Below are positions 40,188 through 53,043 of a stretch of DNA of 64,000 nucleotides, piece by piece. Every line of letters starts with the position of its first letter. Positions within the stretch are counted from its first letter, which is position 1. Below the pieces are notes generated by a model. That model did no database searches. It saw only the letters and a program-made list of their open reading frames with translations, and was not told where the DNA came from. Location: contig NC_043008.1 in the NCBI RefSeq assembly GCF_006345805.1, positions 43,772,001 to 43,836,000 of the forward strand. The letters are read 5' to 3'. Position numbers and translations under genes: made by a program. Origin of the DNA: Octopus sinensis. Lineage: Eukaryota.

Positions 40188-40345
40188 AATGTGACAATTA
40201 TGTATAAAAAAACATTTTTGAATTCATAATATCCAATGTGACAATTATGCAAAAACCTTTTTGAATGCATAATACTCAATGTGACAATTATGTAAAAACC
40301 TTTTTGAATGCATAATACTCAATGTGACAATTATGTAAAAAATTT
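40188..40345. repeat. 43-bp tandem repeat within right PLE arm (4 core copies)
   Basis: AATGTGACAATTATG at 40188, 40235, 40278 and 40321. Confidence 0.95.
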
Positions 40346-40377
40346 TTTTGAACCCATATTATTCAATGTTTCCTTAA

Positions 40378-40433
40378 ATGTAACTTTTGACAATCTTTTA
40401 CCAAAGAGTGAAACCGGTTAAGTAAATAAACAT
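40378..40433 (+). ncRNA. Minimal hammerhead ribozyme, U3-A8 core variant
   Basis: Stem I ACTT(40383-86)/AAGT(40420-23); core TTGACAA 40387-93; stem II 40394-409; GAAA 40410-13; palindromic ACCGGT stem III; predicted cleavage after 40419 (GUU). Confidence 0.7.
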
Positions 40434-40487
40434 CGTTTAAATTGCATTTTCAAACCTTTTTTCTTATATATATATATATATATACAT

Positions 40488-40797
40488 TTTCAGAATGCGA
40501 TAAAAAATCCAAGCCTGTGAAAGCTTTTATAACATTTATAAATAGAAGGCCTTACAGCTGTTTCCAGGATATTTTATATATCCCTTCATCTGAGACGGTG
40601 TGAGAAAATGGTTAAGCAATAGTTATTTTAGATTCTGAAACTTTTTTTATATATACACCTACTAATATATGACCTACGTTGGACTCCTCATTCACATAAT
40701 CACCGAACCTGGAGCTTAACTACAGTCTGTCCATAGCACTTACACAGCATTACCTGAAACCTTTGGGTCCTATTGACAACATTACCTCTCATAACCC
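40488..40797. mobile_element. Small PLE-type terminal-repeat element with divergent arms (minus 40488-40632 with hammerhead; plus 40633-40797)
   Basis: Both arms are homologous to parts of 57497-58020; bounded by (TA)n and (CT)n. Confidence 0.75.
40549..40596 (-). ncRNA. Minimal hammerhead motif (position-4 variant)
   Basis: GTCT CAGATGA A GGGATAT ataaa ATATCCT G GAAA C agct G TA AGGC. Confidence 0.6.
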
Positions 40798-40798
40798 C

Positions 40799-40871
<73 letters not shown>

Positions 40872-41449
40872 AACAATTGACAGTAGCTGAGCTTTTCTTG
40901 TTGATCAGGCGAGTATACACAAATTAAACATTTGAAAAGAAACATTCCAAGAAACAACATTATGTGGCACTTCAAGATTCCCTGGCTAGCTTCAGCCAAT
41001 GAATTCTTACTCTTTAACCGACGTTAGCCAGAAAATTCATGTGTAATCACCTGACGAAAGTGTTTTTATTTTCGCATGATGTAATGACTCTATTAATCAA
41101 AATAGAAAAACAAAACTCGTTTGAAACAGCTGTAGTGTATGAACTGCTATCATCCATTGTTATCTGCTTGATTTTCACTTTAATCGGAACCAGCAATTAG
41201 TGTGGAGCTGGAAATTATTAAGTGCAGTACAATTGGTGCAATGTTTGTACCTAAGTACAGCCTTGAGACACGTGGTATATCCAGTTAGGCGCTTGTGATC
41301 CTAAATGAAACTGGAATATTAATCCGTCTGTACACCAGTACACACATATATGTTCCTATAATTTTATTTTGTACACGATAGCTACGTTTTGATCCGAAAT
41401 TTGTGCTTTACTATTTAATTACCTGATTCTCTAGAATCCTGAACTTTTA

Positions 41450-41450
41450 C

Positions 41451-41514
<64 letters not shown>

Positions 41515-41665
41515 ATCTATCTATCTATCTATCTATCTATATATCTATCTATCTATCTATCTATCCATAGATAGATAGATAAGTAGATAGATAAATAGAT
41601 ACATACATATATACATAATACATACATATAAATATATACATATACATATATACATATATGCACAA
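41450..41665. repeat. (TCTA)n/(TAGA)n/(CATA)n
   Basis: Direct. Confidence 0.95.
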
Positions 41666-42115
41666 ACGTACCGTTTGTGTGTGTACAAGTAGGCCAGACA
41701 TCAATGCATTACGTATCGGTTCTGCAGTTTGAAGTTAGAATCAGTTCTAATTGAAGTTTATTAAAATAGATGCTTACTCTGCGTTAACAAGTTTGCTGTA
41801 GTCGCAGGTCTTCGTCGGAGAAATTGCAAATGCGAGTAGGAGGAGAAGGAGGAAAACAAGGTGGTGGCAGTGGACGTGGACCGGGGGGATTTGGAAGCTA
41901 GGAATAGCTAAAAGAATATTGGTCTGGTTGTCAATGTTTGTGTAATGTTGGAATATTCATTGGGGGTGGGGGTGGGGTGAGGGTCAAAAACAAGCGTCAC
42001 ATTGAATGCAAGCAACGACGCACACCAAAGTAATCACACAGCGTTCTATGGATCCATAACACGCAATCATACACACACATGCACATACATACATACATAC
42101 ATGTGTGTATGTATG

Positions 42116-42171
<56 letters not shown>

Positions 42172-42694
42172 GTATATACATACACGTGTATACAATGTTG
42201 ATCAAGGGATCAAAACTCCATGCCGATGCAGCGGCGGCAGGCAAAATCCAAATAGATAAAGATATGATTTCTTTCCGTTGGGAGAGAGACAAACAGCTTA
42301 TCAAATATAGCATATTGATTTTCATTTGAAGAAATCCAAGACGACGAGACGAAACCGGAGCTAGATCCAGATTATTCGTTTAACAGGAAAGGTCAAAAGT
42401 TACGCTGAGTCGAAATATGTCTTTGAGATATTATTTGTCTAAGAAGCGTGAGGGATATTAGATTTTGTGTTCGAGATCAATAAAATATACTTATTTGTTT
42501 TTGCGAGGTCATAACTTTGGTGAATTAATAAGAAGAGTGTCGTGCCTGACAAATATACTAGTGGTTCCTGGTTCAAACTCGGGTACCACCACAGCCATAT
42601 ATCCGATTTCATGTTATTTCAATCTCAACGAACCTTCGTGCATAATCAGCTTCAGATGTCGATGTTTGTCAATGTTATTGTCAATTTATAAGAA

Positions 42695-43090
42695 TGCGAG
42701 CTGGCAGAATCGTTACGATGCTAGGCAAAATGTTTTGTGGCATTTCGTCCGTTTTTATGTTCTAAGTTCAAATTCTATCGGGGTCGACTTTGCCTTACAT
42801 TCTTTCAGGATCGATAAAATAAGTACCGGTTAGTCACTGAGGTCGATGTTAATCAACTTACTCTCTCCAACCGGAACTGTTAGTCTTGTGCCACGATTTG
42901 AAATCCATGGTATTGTTAATTTTAAGGTGGCGAACCGGCAGAATTGCTTAGCGGTATAGTCTCCGGTTTTTGCTTCCTGAGTTCAAATGATGTCGAAGTC
43001 GATTTTTGTCTTACCCCAATTCAGAGTCACTGAAATAAGAACCAGTCGAGTACTGAGTCAATGTCATTGACTAACCCCGTCCTCCACTAT
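42695..43090 (+). mobile_element. Two diverged tandem SINE family A copies
   Basis: GCGAGCTGGCAGAATCGTT...GTTCAAATT...core at 42695-42905 and 42925-43090. Confidence 0.75.
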
Positions 43091-43586
43091 TTCAAGCTAT
43101 GTGTCTATAATACAAAGAAATATTATGATCAATGCAGTTTAACATCGGGTTGGCCCTAAAGCGTGAAGACGTTTCATCAAAGGACGACCCGCAACCACTA
43201 TCATACCGTCTAATTTTTATCTTTTCGTTTTGAAGAGCCAACATACCCACGACTACATTACGCAATATTTCCTTCAGTTGTGAACGCAGTCTTGAGGTAG
43301 ATTTAATTGCTATTTCTAGCCTCTCAAGTGAACAAATAGAGGCACTCTCCACCTACCGTAAGTCCTTTAAACACATTTAAACCGCATCAAGAGCAAAAGT
43401 TTTTCAAAATATCGTAGTTCATGTCACTGCATTAAATTTTGTATGACATCGGCCCTAGAAAACGCACAATCGATTATGCCACATACATTGCAGCTGGTGG
43501 AAAAAGAATAAAATAACTTTATGCGTTTTAGACGGTTAAAAATAGCCCTTCTTCATAAGCAGTTATAACAATTTCAAATGCACAAG

Positions 43587-43938
43587 TCTCTATATATAAA
43601 GCTGAAGTCGTCTGTGTATGGTAGGTTTGGTAGCCTTCAACTAACACTATCTCCTCGGAGACCCTGCGGCGCAAATTGGCCAAAATTGAGAGTATGATAG
43701 AAGAAGGCCATGTTAACACCAAAAATTATTTACATCGAAATGGTACTTTCTTTTCTATGAAAAGCCCTATTTTATACGATTTTTTGACTGCTGTGTCGCC
43801 ATTTTTCGGTGTGTTTCAACCTGAAAAATGTTCCCTTAAAGAGAATAACAAGCTACATAATGCAAAATTTTTATTTTTCAAACATTCTAATTCTAAAGGG
43901 TCGAAACAAACCTGAGCAACGCCGGGCGATACTGCTAG
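43587..43938 (+). mobile_element. Non-autonomous Helitron
   Basis: 5' TC(TA)n, subterminal hairpin (CCTGAGCAACGCCGGG), 3' CTAG followed by T, no TSD; homologous to 48279-48672 with an internal deletion. Confidence 0.85.
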
Positions 43939-44184
43939 TCTATTATATTCACATTACGTCTATTTATTAAGCCTTTAAAATGTTGTCGTACATCTGTGAG
44001 TTGGTGCCTTTGTTGCCGGAAAACAGTTAATTGACGAAAACCTCCACAAATAATTAAATGTTCATTTAGCAGTTATTTTATGATCTCATTTATTGGCTAA
44101 AACTGTTCTTCCGTTTTGTATTTACTTCAATGATAAAATATAATCGCTAATCCAGTGAAATGCCGAACATGTATTGATCAAATA

Positions 44185-44272
44185 TCTCTGTCTCTGTCTC
44201 TGTCTCTGTCTCTCTCTGTCTCTCTCTCTGTCTCTCTATCTATCTATCTATCTATCTATCTATATATATTAT

Positions 44273-44331
<59 letters not shown>

Positions 44332-44355
44332 ATATATTATATATATATATATATC

Positions 44356-44395
<40 letters not shown>
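44185..44395. repeat. (TC/TG)n, (TCTA)n, (TA)n
   Basis: Direct. Confidence 0.95.
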
Positions 44396-44491
44396 GTAGC
44401 TGGGATTTACAAAAAACAAAACAAAAGACGAAGACGGGTGTGTAAACAACAAACATATGTATTAGTTTAACGCTCGGGAAGTGAGAAAGCT

Positions 44492-44527
44492 TTTTTACGT
44501 TTCGAGCCTACGCTCTTCATCAGAAAA
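44492..44527 (-). ncRNA. Canonical-core minimal hammerhead ribozyme in a small element (~44396-44584)
   Basis: TTTT CTGATGA A GAGC gtag GCTC GAAA CG TA AAAA; palindromic ACGT stem III typical of PLE-associated hammerheads. Confidence 0.8.
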
Positions 44528-45771
44528 GAATACAGAAATACGCAGAGAGAGAAAATATAAAAAAAAGTTTAGTGGCTAGCGATAACTCCTGGAAAATATC
44601 TATATGTACATACGCACACATATGCATTGCTAGATGTATAGAAGAATATATCGTAAAAGAGCCGGAAATTGTTGGTGAGTAAAAAAACAATTGAGCCCCG
44701 CATTGATAAATATTTTAATAAAATTTACACTAAAAATGAATAGAAATGTTTAAGTATTGTTTCACTTTGAAGATAAGGTTATAAAATAATGGCGTTCTTG
44801 AAGATCAATAAATTTAAATGTATAAATATAAAAAAATAGCATAATAAAATGTCTTTATACGGCAACAAAAGAGACCGAAAACAAAAAACTTAAGTTACTT
44901 CAAATACATACAAAAAACATAAAAGAAATGAAATACATATAGAGACAGCTTAATTTAAATTATGTTGGGATAACGAACTGTTGGTAATAAAAAGAAGATA
45001 AATTATTAAATAAAGAAAAATCGAGCGAAATTTAAATATCTATTAAGAGAGAAAAAATAACCGAGGCAAGAATATACTAAAAAAATTAAAAAAGGACGAA
45101 GTCTGCAACAGGAGCAGGAAGACACACACAAAAGCAAACGAGAAATATATAAAGGCAAATGAATAAAAGTGTGACATATTGTAAAAGATCCTAATGACCA
45201 ATTAGTATTTTAAAATTATGCATCCACCTACTATGACGAGCAATAAGCGAATGTTTTTAATGAGAACGTTTCTGGTGAAGCAATATAACAAATAAAATCA
45301 TAGCGTAACAAAAAATAGGTAAAACAAAAACGACTGCATGTCACTGATTGAATTGACGCAAAAGTCTAGATTTTTCTAGCCGAAATATAAATTGTAAAAC
45401 AACAAAAGGAAAGACTCAACATCATTCAATAATTTTAGCTTCTCTTGATACCAATGAATCTGTCCAAGAATGTACTGAAAATTTCATGACACACTTTCTC
45501 ATCTTAAAGTTGAATGCAGGACAATAAATTACTTTTGATATATGTATATATATATATATGTTTATATGGATGTGAGGTATACGTGTTTCGGAACGCCGAA
45601 TGACGTACATTGCGTAAGCTTAGAGGTCTTGTTACGCAACAAAAGCAACTGGTACACTTCATCAGTATTTCTGGCAAAAGATAACATACAAAACCATAAT
45701 GCAATCCCTCATATGCATCCTACAAGATTCAGTACAGTTAGGGTATCATAGGAGTACATAATAGAGAGAAA

Positions 45772-45838
<67 letters not shown>

Positions 45839-45847
45839 TACTAATAC

Positions 45848-45888
<41 letters not shown>

Positions 45889-45892
45889 GTAG
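45772..45892. repeat. (TAC)n-(TAA)n
   Basis: Direct. Confidence 0.95.
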
Positions 45893-45991
45893 TTCGTAAC
45901 TGCATACTGTGTGCAGTAAATACTATATATCAATATATTAATATATATATATAATATAATCAAAATAAGCAACAAGGATACCCAAATGTAG

Positions 45992-46079
45992 TGTAGTACA
46001 ATCGTTTCATGCTACTTCATTTCATTAAATAATGTAAGTATTACATCAGTTTTAAAATGTAGGGCACTCTTCAGCAACA
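45992..46079 (-). ncRNA. Hammerhead motif with extended stem II in a TA-flanked mini-element (~45955-46130)
   Basis: TGTTG CTGAAGA GTGC(cc)TAC...GTAGCAT GAAA C gatt G TA CTACA. Confidence 0.6.
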
Positions 46080-46128
46080 TATGGAATTTTTAAAAATTAT
46101 ATTGACAATGTTCATTTTTATACTTATA

Positions 46129-46174
<46 letters not shown>

Positions 46175-46721
46175 GTTTGTTTTCGATATCTTACTTTCAT
46201 TTATATCTTTTACTTGTAGTTACCTTTAAATAATTCTTTGAAAATTTCTTTTCATTTCCCTTCATTGCGCGTAACAAACGCTTCTTCTGTCATACATGTG
46301 TGGAAAGGTAGAAAACCTAACAGAACAAAATAATAAAATTATAATTTTCCTTTTAAGATTTCGAGTCAGTGGAAGAAGTGTAAGCCTTTACATAGTTAGC
46401 TTGATGAGCTAGAAATAGTAGTTGTATACTTCTTAAATTACAGTTCAAATGTCAACCAAATAACAGCCAAACCTCGCTCAAATTGAACGACGGCTCTTTT
46501 AGGAAAGAAACGTTGGATAAAATGTATTGAATTTTCTGTAGAGACAATAAACAGAGGGGATGGTCATTACTGAAATGTCTATGATCATTTGTTAGATGAA
46601 TCGGTATTGATGTAGTAATAAACCTCAATAACAACTAAAGTTTATTAGTGAAATAATTGATTTAGTGAAATAAATTGATTTACAGTGAGGTACCAAACAT
46701 GGGGTTTGAACAGTCAAAAAT

Positions 46722-47151
46722 GTTAGCACGCCGGATAAAATGTTGAGCGGCATTTTGTGTTGTCTGGTCATTTACGTTCTGTGTTCAAATACAGTTCACG
46801 TCAGTTTTGATCCTCCACTCCTAGCAAGATTCAAATACTTAAGGTCACGAAATTGGCTTTCTCCCTTCTTGCTCGACAAATATATTGCTGGTTTTGTACC
46901 CTGAAACGGACTGGTGTTCTTATTTATTTACTGCCCACAAGAGGCTACACAGAGAGGGGACAAACAAGGACAGACAAACTGATTAAGTCGATTACATCGA
47001 CTCCAGTGCGTAACTGGTACTTAATTTATCGACCCCGAAAGGATGAAAGGCAAAGTCAACCTCGGCGGAATTTGAACTCAAAACGTAACGACAGACGAAA
47101 TACTGCTACGCATTTCGCCCGGCGTGCTAACGTTTCTGCCAGCTCGCCGCC
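46722..47151. mobile_element. Convergent SINE family A pair (diverged + copy 46722-46905; full - copy 46921-47151)
   Basis: Head/core/tail homology. Confidence 0.8.
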
Positions 47152-47716
47152 TTCTGGTTAGGAAATATCATTAACCACACGACACCGTTTCTATACATCT
47201 CTTACTTACAGCCTTAAGTAAATACTTAAAGAAAGAAACTATAGAGGCAGAAGAGCGAGAAAGACAAAGAGACAGACAAGAGAGACCAAGAAATAGAGAG
47301 AGAGAGGGAGAGAGAGAGAGAGAGAGAGAGAAATGAATAGAAAGAGAATAGATGAAGAAAAGAAGGTAAAGATGAATAAAGCGAATAGTATTGTTCTATT
47401 ATATTACGATTGTCTTCAACTTTAAATGGTATTTAACATATACGATGTATTTATTTGAACGGTTAAGCGTCACTTTTGCGTAATTACACGTAAGTTTATG
47501 AGACTCACGAATTCAAATGAGAATATTTCTCTCTCTCCGTCTCTCCTTCTCTCTCCCTCTCTCTTTCTCTCTCCCTCTCTCTCTCTCTATACGAACACAC
47601 ATGCACTCACGCACATATATATATGAGCGTATATAAGTGCGTTGTTTACTCATATCGTCTGTAAGGAGATGTGGTTCTCCAATTTGAAACTCTACAGAGG
47701 AGACCATTTTCACGTA

Positions 47717-47747
<31 letters not shown>

Positions 47748-47870
47748 CATACACACATATGCGCATACGTATATGTATTTATAGATATGCATTTATATAT
47801 TATATATATATATGTATATATACACATACACACATATGCGCATACGTATATGTATTTATAGATATGCATT

Positions 47871-47918
<48 letters not shown>

Positions 47919-48278
47919 TATTAGAATGCCACACACTCATACAAATAAATATATGTATAATATATAATATATGCTAGGCACGCGCATGTGTTTGTGTGTT
48001 TTTGTACGTAAGTATTGAAAACCGACGGAAGTAGCTTATTTCCGTTTATAGCAAATCTTGTTTGCAAATAGAAATATTGTCTATACTTCTTTATTTGTTC
48101 TAAACGTAAATTGAATTGTATACGATTTATATATGAAATTTAAATGAAAAAAAATTGAATATATATTAAATAATTATCGGAATTGTAAATTAACTGCTTT
48201 GAATGACATAATAATTATGCTGAAAACTTTCTCATTGTGTATTTAATATCATATTATAATGTTTTGTTTTATTTGTAA

Positions 48279-48672
48279 CTAGCAGTATCACCCGGCGTTG
48301 CTCGGGTTTGTTTCGACCATTTAGAATTGGAATTTTTGAAAAGTAAAACTTTTGCATTATCTAGCTTGTTATTCTCTTTAAGTGAACATTTTTCTGGTTG
48401 AAATACACCAAGAAATGTCGACACAGCAGTCGAAAAATCGTAAGAAATAGGGATTTTCATAGAAAAAATAAGCACCTTTTTGATGTAAATAATTTTTGGT
48501 GTTAACATGGTCCGATTTGAAATTCATCTACTACGGGGTGAAGAGCAAGCCTTCATCTATCATACTCTCAATTTTGGTCAACTTGCGCCACAGGGTCTCG
48601 GAGGAGATAGTGTTAGTTGAAGGCTACACAAACCTGCCACACACAGACAACTTCAGTTTATATATATATAGA
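48279..48672 (-). mobile_element. Non-autonomous Helitron
   Basis: Minus strand A|TCTATATA...CCCGAGCAACGCCGGG.GATACTGCTAG|T: canonical termini, hairpin and AT target. Confidence 0.9.
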
Positions 48673-48929
48673 TAGCCCTAACCCTGACATCCACTCACTC
48701 GCAGAAAATGCATTGTTTCGGGCCTTTGTGATCGAGATAGAGACTTGAAACCTATTCTGGCCGTAACTACACCACGCCTTCTATAGGTGTATACATTTTC
48801 AGCTCGATCCTAGCATGTCTAGTGCCATTGAATCCTTACCAAAGCCAAAGTGTGCAAGTTTTTTTCCTCTTTTATATAGGTAGATATTATGTATTATATT
48901 TGAATATATTACGGTATGCTCTGTAGCGT

Positions 48930-49140
48930 AAGGCGGTCGTTTGCAGAATCGTTAGGGACATTGATCAAAATAATTTGAACCTTTCCTTCTGGTTTTTATC
49001 CCTGATTTCAAATCCCGCTGAGGTGAACTTTGACTTGTCTCCTTCGTGGGTCGATAAAATAAATAACGTGACATATACTGAGGCCAATGCAATCGGTCAA
49101 CACCATTCCGATAGTTCAGGCCTTTAGCCACGATTTTAAA
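48930..49140 (+). mobile_element. Diverged SINE family A
   Basis: AGGCGGTCGTTTGCAGAATCGTTAG...TTCAAATCCCGCTGAGG...GGGTCGATAAAATAA. Confidence 0.65.
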
Positions 49141-49247
49141 CAGTTATACTATATGGTATCTGTATGAGTCCTCGATAAAATTTTATCAGTAACTGATTTC
49201 GTTTGTCTATCGATCATCCTAGCTCAGTATTACTGGGAAGGTATTTG

Positions 49248-49500
49248 TGGAGGCGCAATGGCCCAGTGGTTAGAGCAGTGGACTCGTAGTTGGAGATCGC
49301 AGTTTCGATTCCCAAACCGGACGTTGTGTGTGTTTATTGAACGAAAACACCTAAAGCTCCACGAAGCTCCGGCAGAGGGTGGTGGTGACCCCTGTTGTAC
49401 TCTTTCGCCCCAACTTTCTCTCACTCTTTCTTCCTGTTTCTTGAGTAACGCTGCGATGCAGTGGCGTCCCGTCCAGCTGGGGGGGGGGGCACATACGCTT
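49248..49500 (+). mobile_element. tRNA-derived SINE family B
   Basis: GGAGGCGCAATGGCCCAGTGGTTAG...GTTTCGATTCCC head; CTGCGATG..TGGCGTCCCGTCCAG internal block shared with 51555-51820 and 51852-52108. Confidence 0.8.
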
Positions 49501-49739
49501 GAAAAGGGCGCATGAATAAGTAAAATTTGGGGCAGAGTCCTCACACACTTCCATAGCGTCCTATCAGAAGCAACCATTATTACACTTTACGACGGGATTT
49601 CCAGTCGTGACCACCTCTGGATATTATCCAACCATTTTATTCTTAGTCTACTCTTAAGTTTCCTGGCGGACGTGCGGGTAGAATCCTCAGGCAAATTCTC
49701 CGTGGGGTCCTAGCACAAGCAACCGTCATTATACTTTTC

Positions 49740-50020
49740 TGCTTGTCACCAAGCGGGCCAGCTGATACTATGGACATTATCCAACAATCTCGCTCTAGGT
49801 CCACTTGTAGGTGTCCTGCCGGTTGGCTTGGCTTGATGAGCCCTTCTTATGATTCTATTCCGGGATATTTTAATTACAGGGCTGCCGTATCGGAAGTGTC
49901 GCTTCTCAATGTTCACAAGTAGCGGCTCGACCCGGAGAAACTCCTTGCTTTCATTTTCTTGTAAATTGTGTGGTAGACGCGTTCCATTCACTATTTTGAC
50001 ATCAATGGCGCCCTCTAGGA
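49740..50020 (-). mobile_element. Degenerate RTE-clade (Expander/Rex3-like) LINE C-terminus
   Basis: LRVEPLLVNIEKRHFRYG..VIK..RNRIIRRAHQAKPTGRTP.SGPRARLLDNV...SW. Confidence 0.7.
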
Positions 50021-50543
50021 TGCAGTACCAGAACATGTGCGATAACACGTGCACGTGCAATAAATTCTTCTGGCGTGAGCTTACCTTCCGCTTTTCATCT
50101 ATCTTCTTTTCCCTTCCTATTTCATTGCTCCTCCCTCTCCCTTTCTCTGTCTTTCTTTCTTTCATTCCTTCTTTCTTTCTTTCATTTTTTCTTTTCTCCT
50201 TCCTTCCTTCCTTCCTTCCCTCCTTCCTTGTATAAAATTATATACAATTATATAAATATATATATATATATACATTTATATAATTGTATTCTATGATGTT
50301 GGAATGAATCATGCAGGCATTTATATTTAAACTTGCAATGCATATTATGCGATTATCCGCTATCTTTGATTTTGCTCTGCCTGGGTCAGCAACTTTTCCT
50401 ATGCAGTTATTATTTTCTCTAGATATAATTAATATTTGTTGCCCACTAATTAAATAACAAATATATATATATATATATATATATAAATATAAGTATGTAT
50501 ATATATATGTAAATATAATATATTAATATATATATATATATAT

Positions 50544-50591
<48 letters not shown>

Positions 50592-51202
50592 ATATTTTGC
50601 TTAATGATTTGTGTATTGTTTGGTCGTTTGTTCCGTTAATTTACTATTGCAGTAGATATATTTAATTATATGTTTTATTATTTATTAATGATTTGTTGAT
50701 GTGGTTTGTTTTTATTTGTGGGCATTTCATTGTTATGTTTGTCCGATTATCGACCAATAAATACACGTCTTGTAAAAACAATCAAATAAATAATGTAAAC
50801 AATGTGAAAAAATAAAATACACAGAGCTCCGGATTGTGCAATCAGCCAGTCACTACTACAGAGGAAGATTCTGCAGTGATATTCCAGCGTTTTGTTGGAT
50901 TTATACTGCAACATGGAAACAAGAATATGAAAAGAACAAACAAAGAGAAAATGGTGGACAAAAATCCTCGAAAATGAAACAAAAATAAGTTGAATAACAT
51001 AAACTTCGGTAAAAAAAAACGAACCCAAAAAACGTCATGATGTTTTATGAGATTATTCTGCAGCTATTATAAATAACTTAGACCTCAAGTTTTCTTTTAA
51101 CTGAACAATGAAAAGCAAGCACCGGATAGTCATAGTTTCATAATAAAAATTGTAATATCCCAAAAATATACGATCAATTTTCTATCTTTATATCACTAAC
51201 TT

Positions 51203-51305
<103 letters not shown>

Positions 51306-51316
51306 ATATATGTATG

Positions 51317-51354
<38 letters not shown>

Positions 51355-51554
51355 TATATATATATTCATATATATATAGATATATGTAGGTATATATATA
51401 TGTATATATATATAGATATAGATACATAGATATAGATATAGATATAGATATATGTATATATACATACACAGAGATGTATGCACATATTTACATACTTACA
51501 TGCATACATACATACGTACATATACATACATGCACACATATGCATGTATATATA

Positions 51555-52108
51555 TGAAGGTGCATGGATTTCTGGTTAAGGTGTTGCACCCACGATCGCT
51601 AATTCCAGGGTTCGATCTTCCGACAGGATGGCATGTTGTGCCCTTCAGCTATATATGGGTAAATCTGCGATGGACTAGCCTTCCAATCAAGGGGAACGTT
51701 AGCCTGCTCGGCCCAGCCAGCCTGCGCGGTGGCATCATTCAAAAGCTAGCTAAAACGATTTAAACCGCATTGTGATCAGCAACATATAAAACATTAGATA
51801 GACCTGTCAATCACGTAATGTATATATATATATATTATATATATATACATACAAAAGGATTAAATGCGCTCCTGGGCCATAGCCCTATAGGGCCGGTTTC
51901 CAGAATATTTTGGTTTATATATATTCCCTACCAAGCACCTCTAGACGGGACGCTGGTCCATAGAATGGTTATTCATTTGTGGTAGCTAAACAACTTCGAA
52001 TGAAGTATTTTGCTGAAGGACATAACACATAGCAAGGTCCAGGACCCAAAGCCACAATCTTATGATCTTTAATATAATACCCTGACCCTTGTACCACGCA
52101 TCCCCACA
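51555..52108. mobile_element. Convergent pair of diverged tRNA-derived SINEs related to family B (+ 51555-51820; - 51852-52108)
   Basis: tRNA-like heads with GGTTCGAT-like B box; shared internal block; the minus copy is homologous to 59769-59900. Confidence 0.6.
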
Positions 52109-52166
52109 TATATACATATTCTTATCAATATATACGCATTCATGCATACATACATACATACATATA

Positions 52167-52354
52167 TGGGGGAGTGCTGAAAAGTTCCTGGCTTTGGGTA
52201 AAAGAAAATACAGGATCAGTTAATTATGATCTTATTCAACATATTCCCTTCTCAGATTCACACACTTAAGCCCTGTAAAAAACTCGGAATGTTGGACCGT
52301 CAGCCAGAAATTTTGCCGTACTCTTAAAATCAGGAACTTCTCAGCACCCTATCG
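52167..52354. mobile_element. Tc1/mariner-type MITE
   Basis: ~28-bp imperfect TIRs (GGGGGAGTGCTGAAAAGTTCCTGGCTTT / AAAATCAGGAACTTCTCAGCACCCTATCG) with TA on both flanks. Confidence 0.8.
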
Positions 52355-52762
52355 TATGAACATATATACATACATACATGCACCACAGACCCAATATAAT
52401 GATTTGGGATAGGGATGAGAAACTGTGCACAGTTGTGTAAATTAGCTGCGCATGTTAACTTAAAGGTGAAGATCAGTGAAAAAGAGAACACTTATGCTGA
52501 ACTATTGAGGAGTCTGCAGTTACTCTATCCAAGTTCAGGTTTATATGGGATATGTAACGCACTGCCTAAATATCAATCTTGAGAAATTAGGCTTCTCAAA
52601 CCAGAAAGGAGAAAGCTAATTCGAATACTACAGATCCAATCCATCACTGGAATTGTAAAAATCTGTAAAACATTCCAGAAGTTTATCATTTAAGTATATA
52701 TGAGCATGTCTAGATATGCGACTATATGCATGAGAATGCATACATAAAATATACATACATAC

Positions 52763-52841
<79 letters not shown>

Positions 52842-52983
52842 ATATATTATATATATAATATATATATATATATAGATAGATATAGATATATGTATATGTA
52901 TATATATTTTTACATTTATACACCTCTCTCTCTGTTCTTATTTGTTTAAACGTATGTGTATGCGTTTGTATGGCGGTATGTAT

Positions 52984-53043
<60 letters not shown>

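Larger units (their letters stand above)
36303..40470 (+). mobile_element. Penelope-like element, right arm (inverted near-identical copy, more 5'-truncated)
   Basis: Reverse complement of 31558-35766; ends in (TA)n. Confidence 0.95.

Noticed and set aside
31558-40470. Inverted duplication as a long-read fold-back artefact
   Set aside because: Symmetry ends at the element termini, flanks are unique, the spacer is asymmetric and the 43-bp array copy number differs; read-level confirmation is still needed.
50750-51200. Possible decayed PLE 3' end before (TA)n
   Set aside because: Only a faint AI.Q.LL resemblance; no recoverable core motifs or ribozyme.
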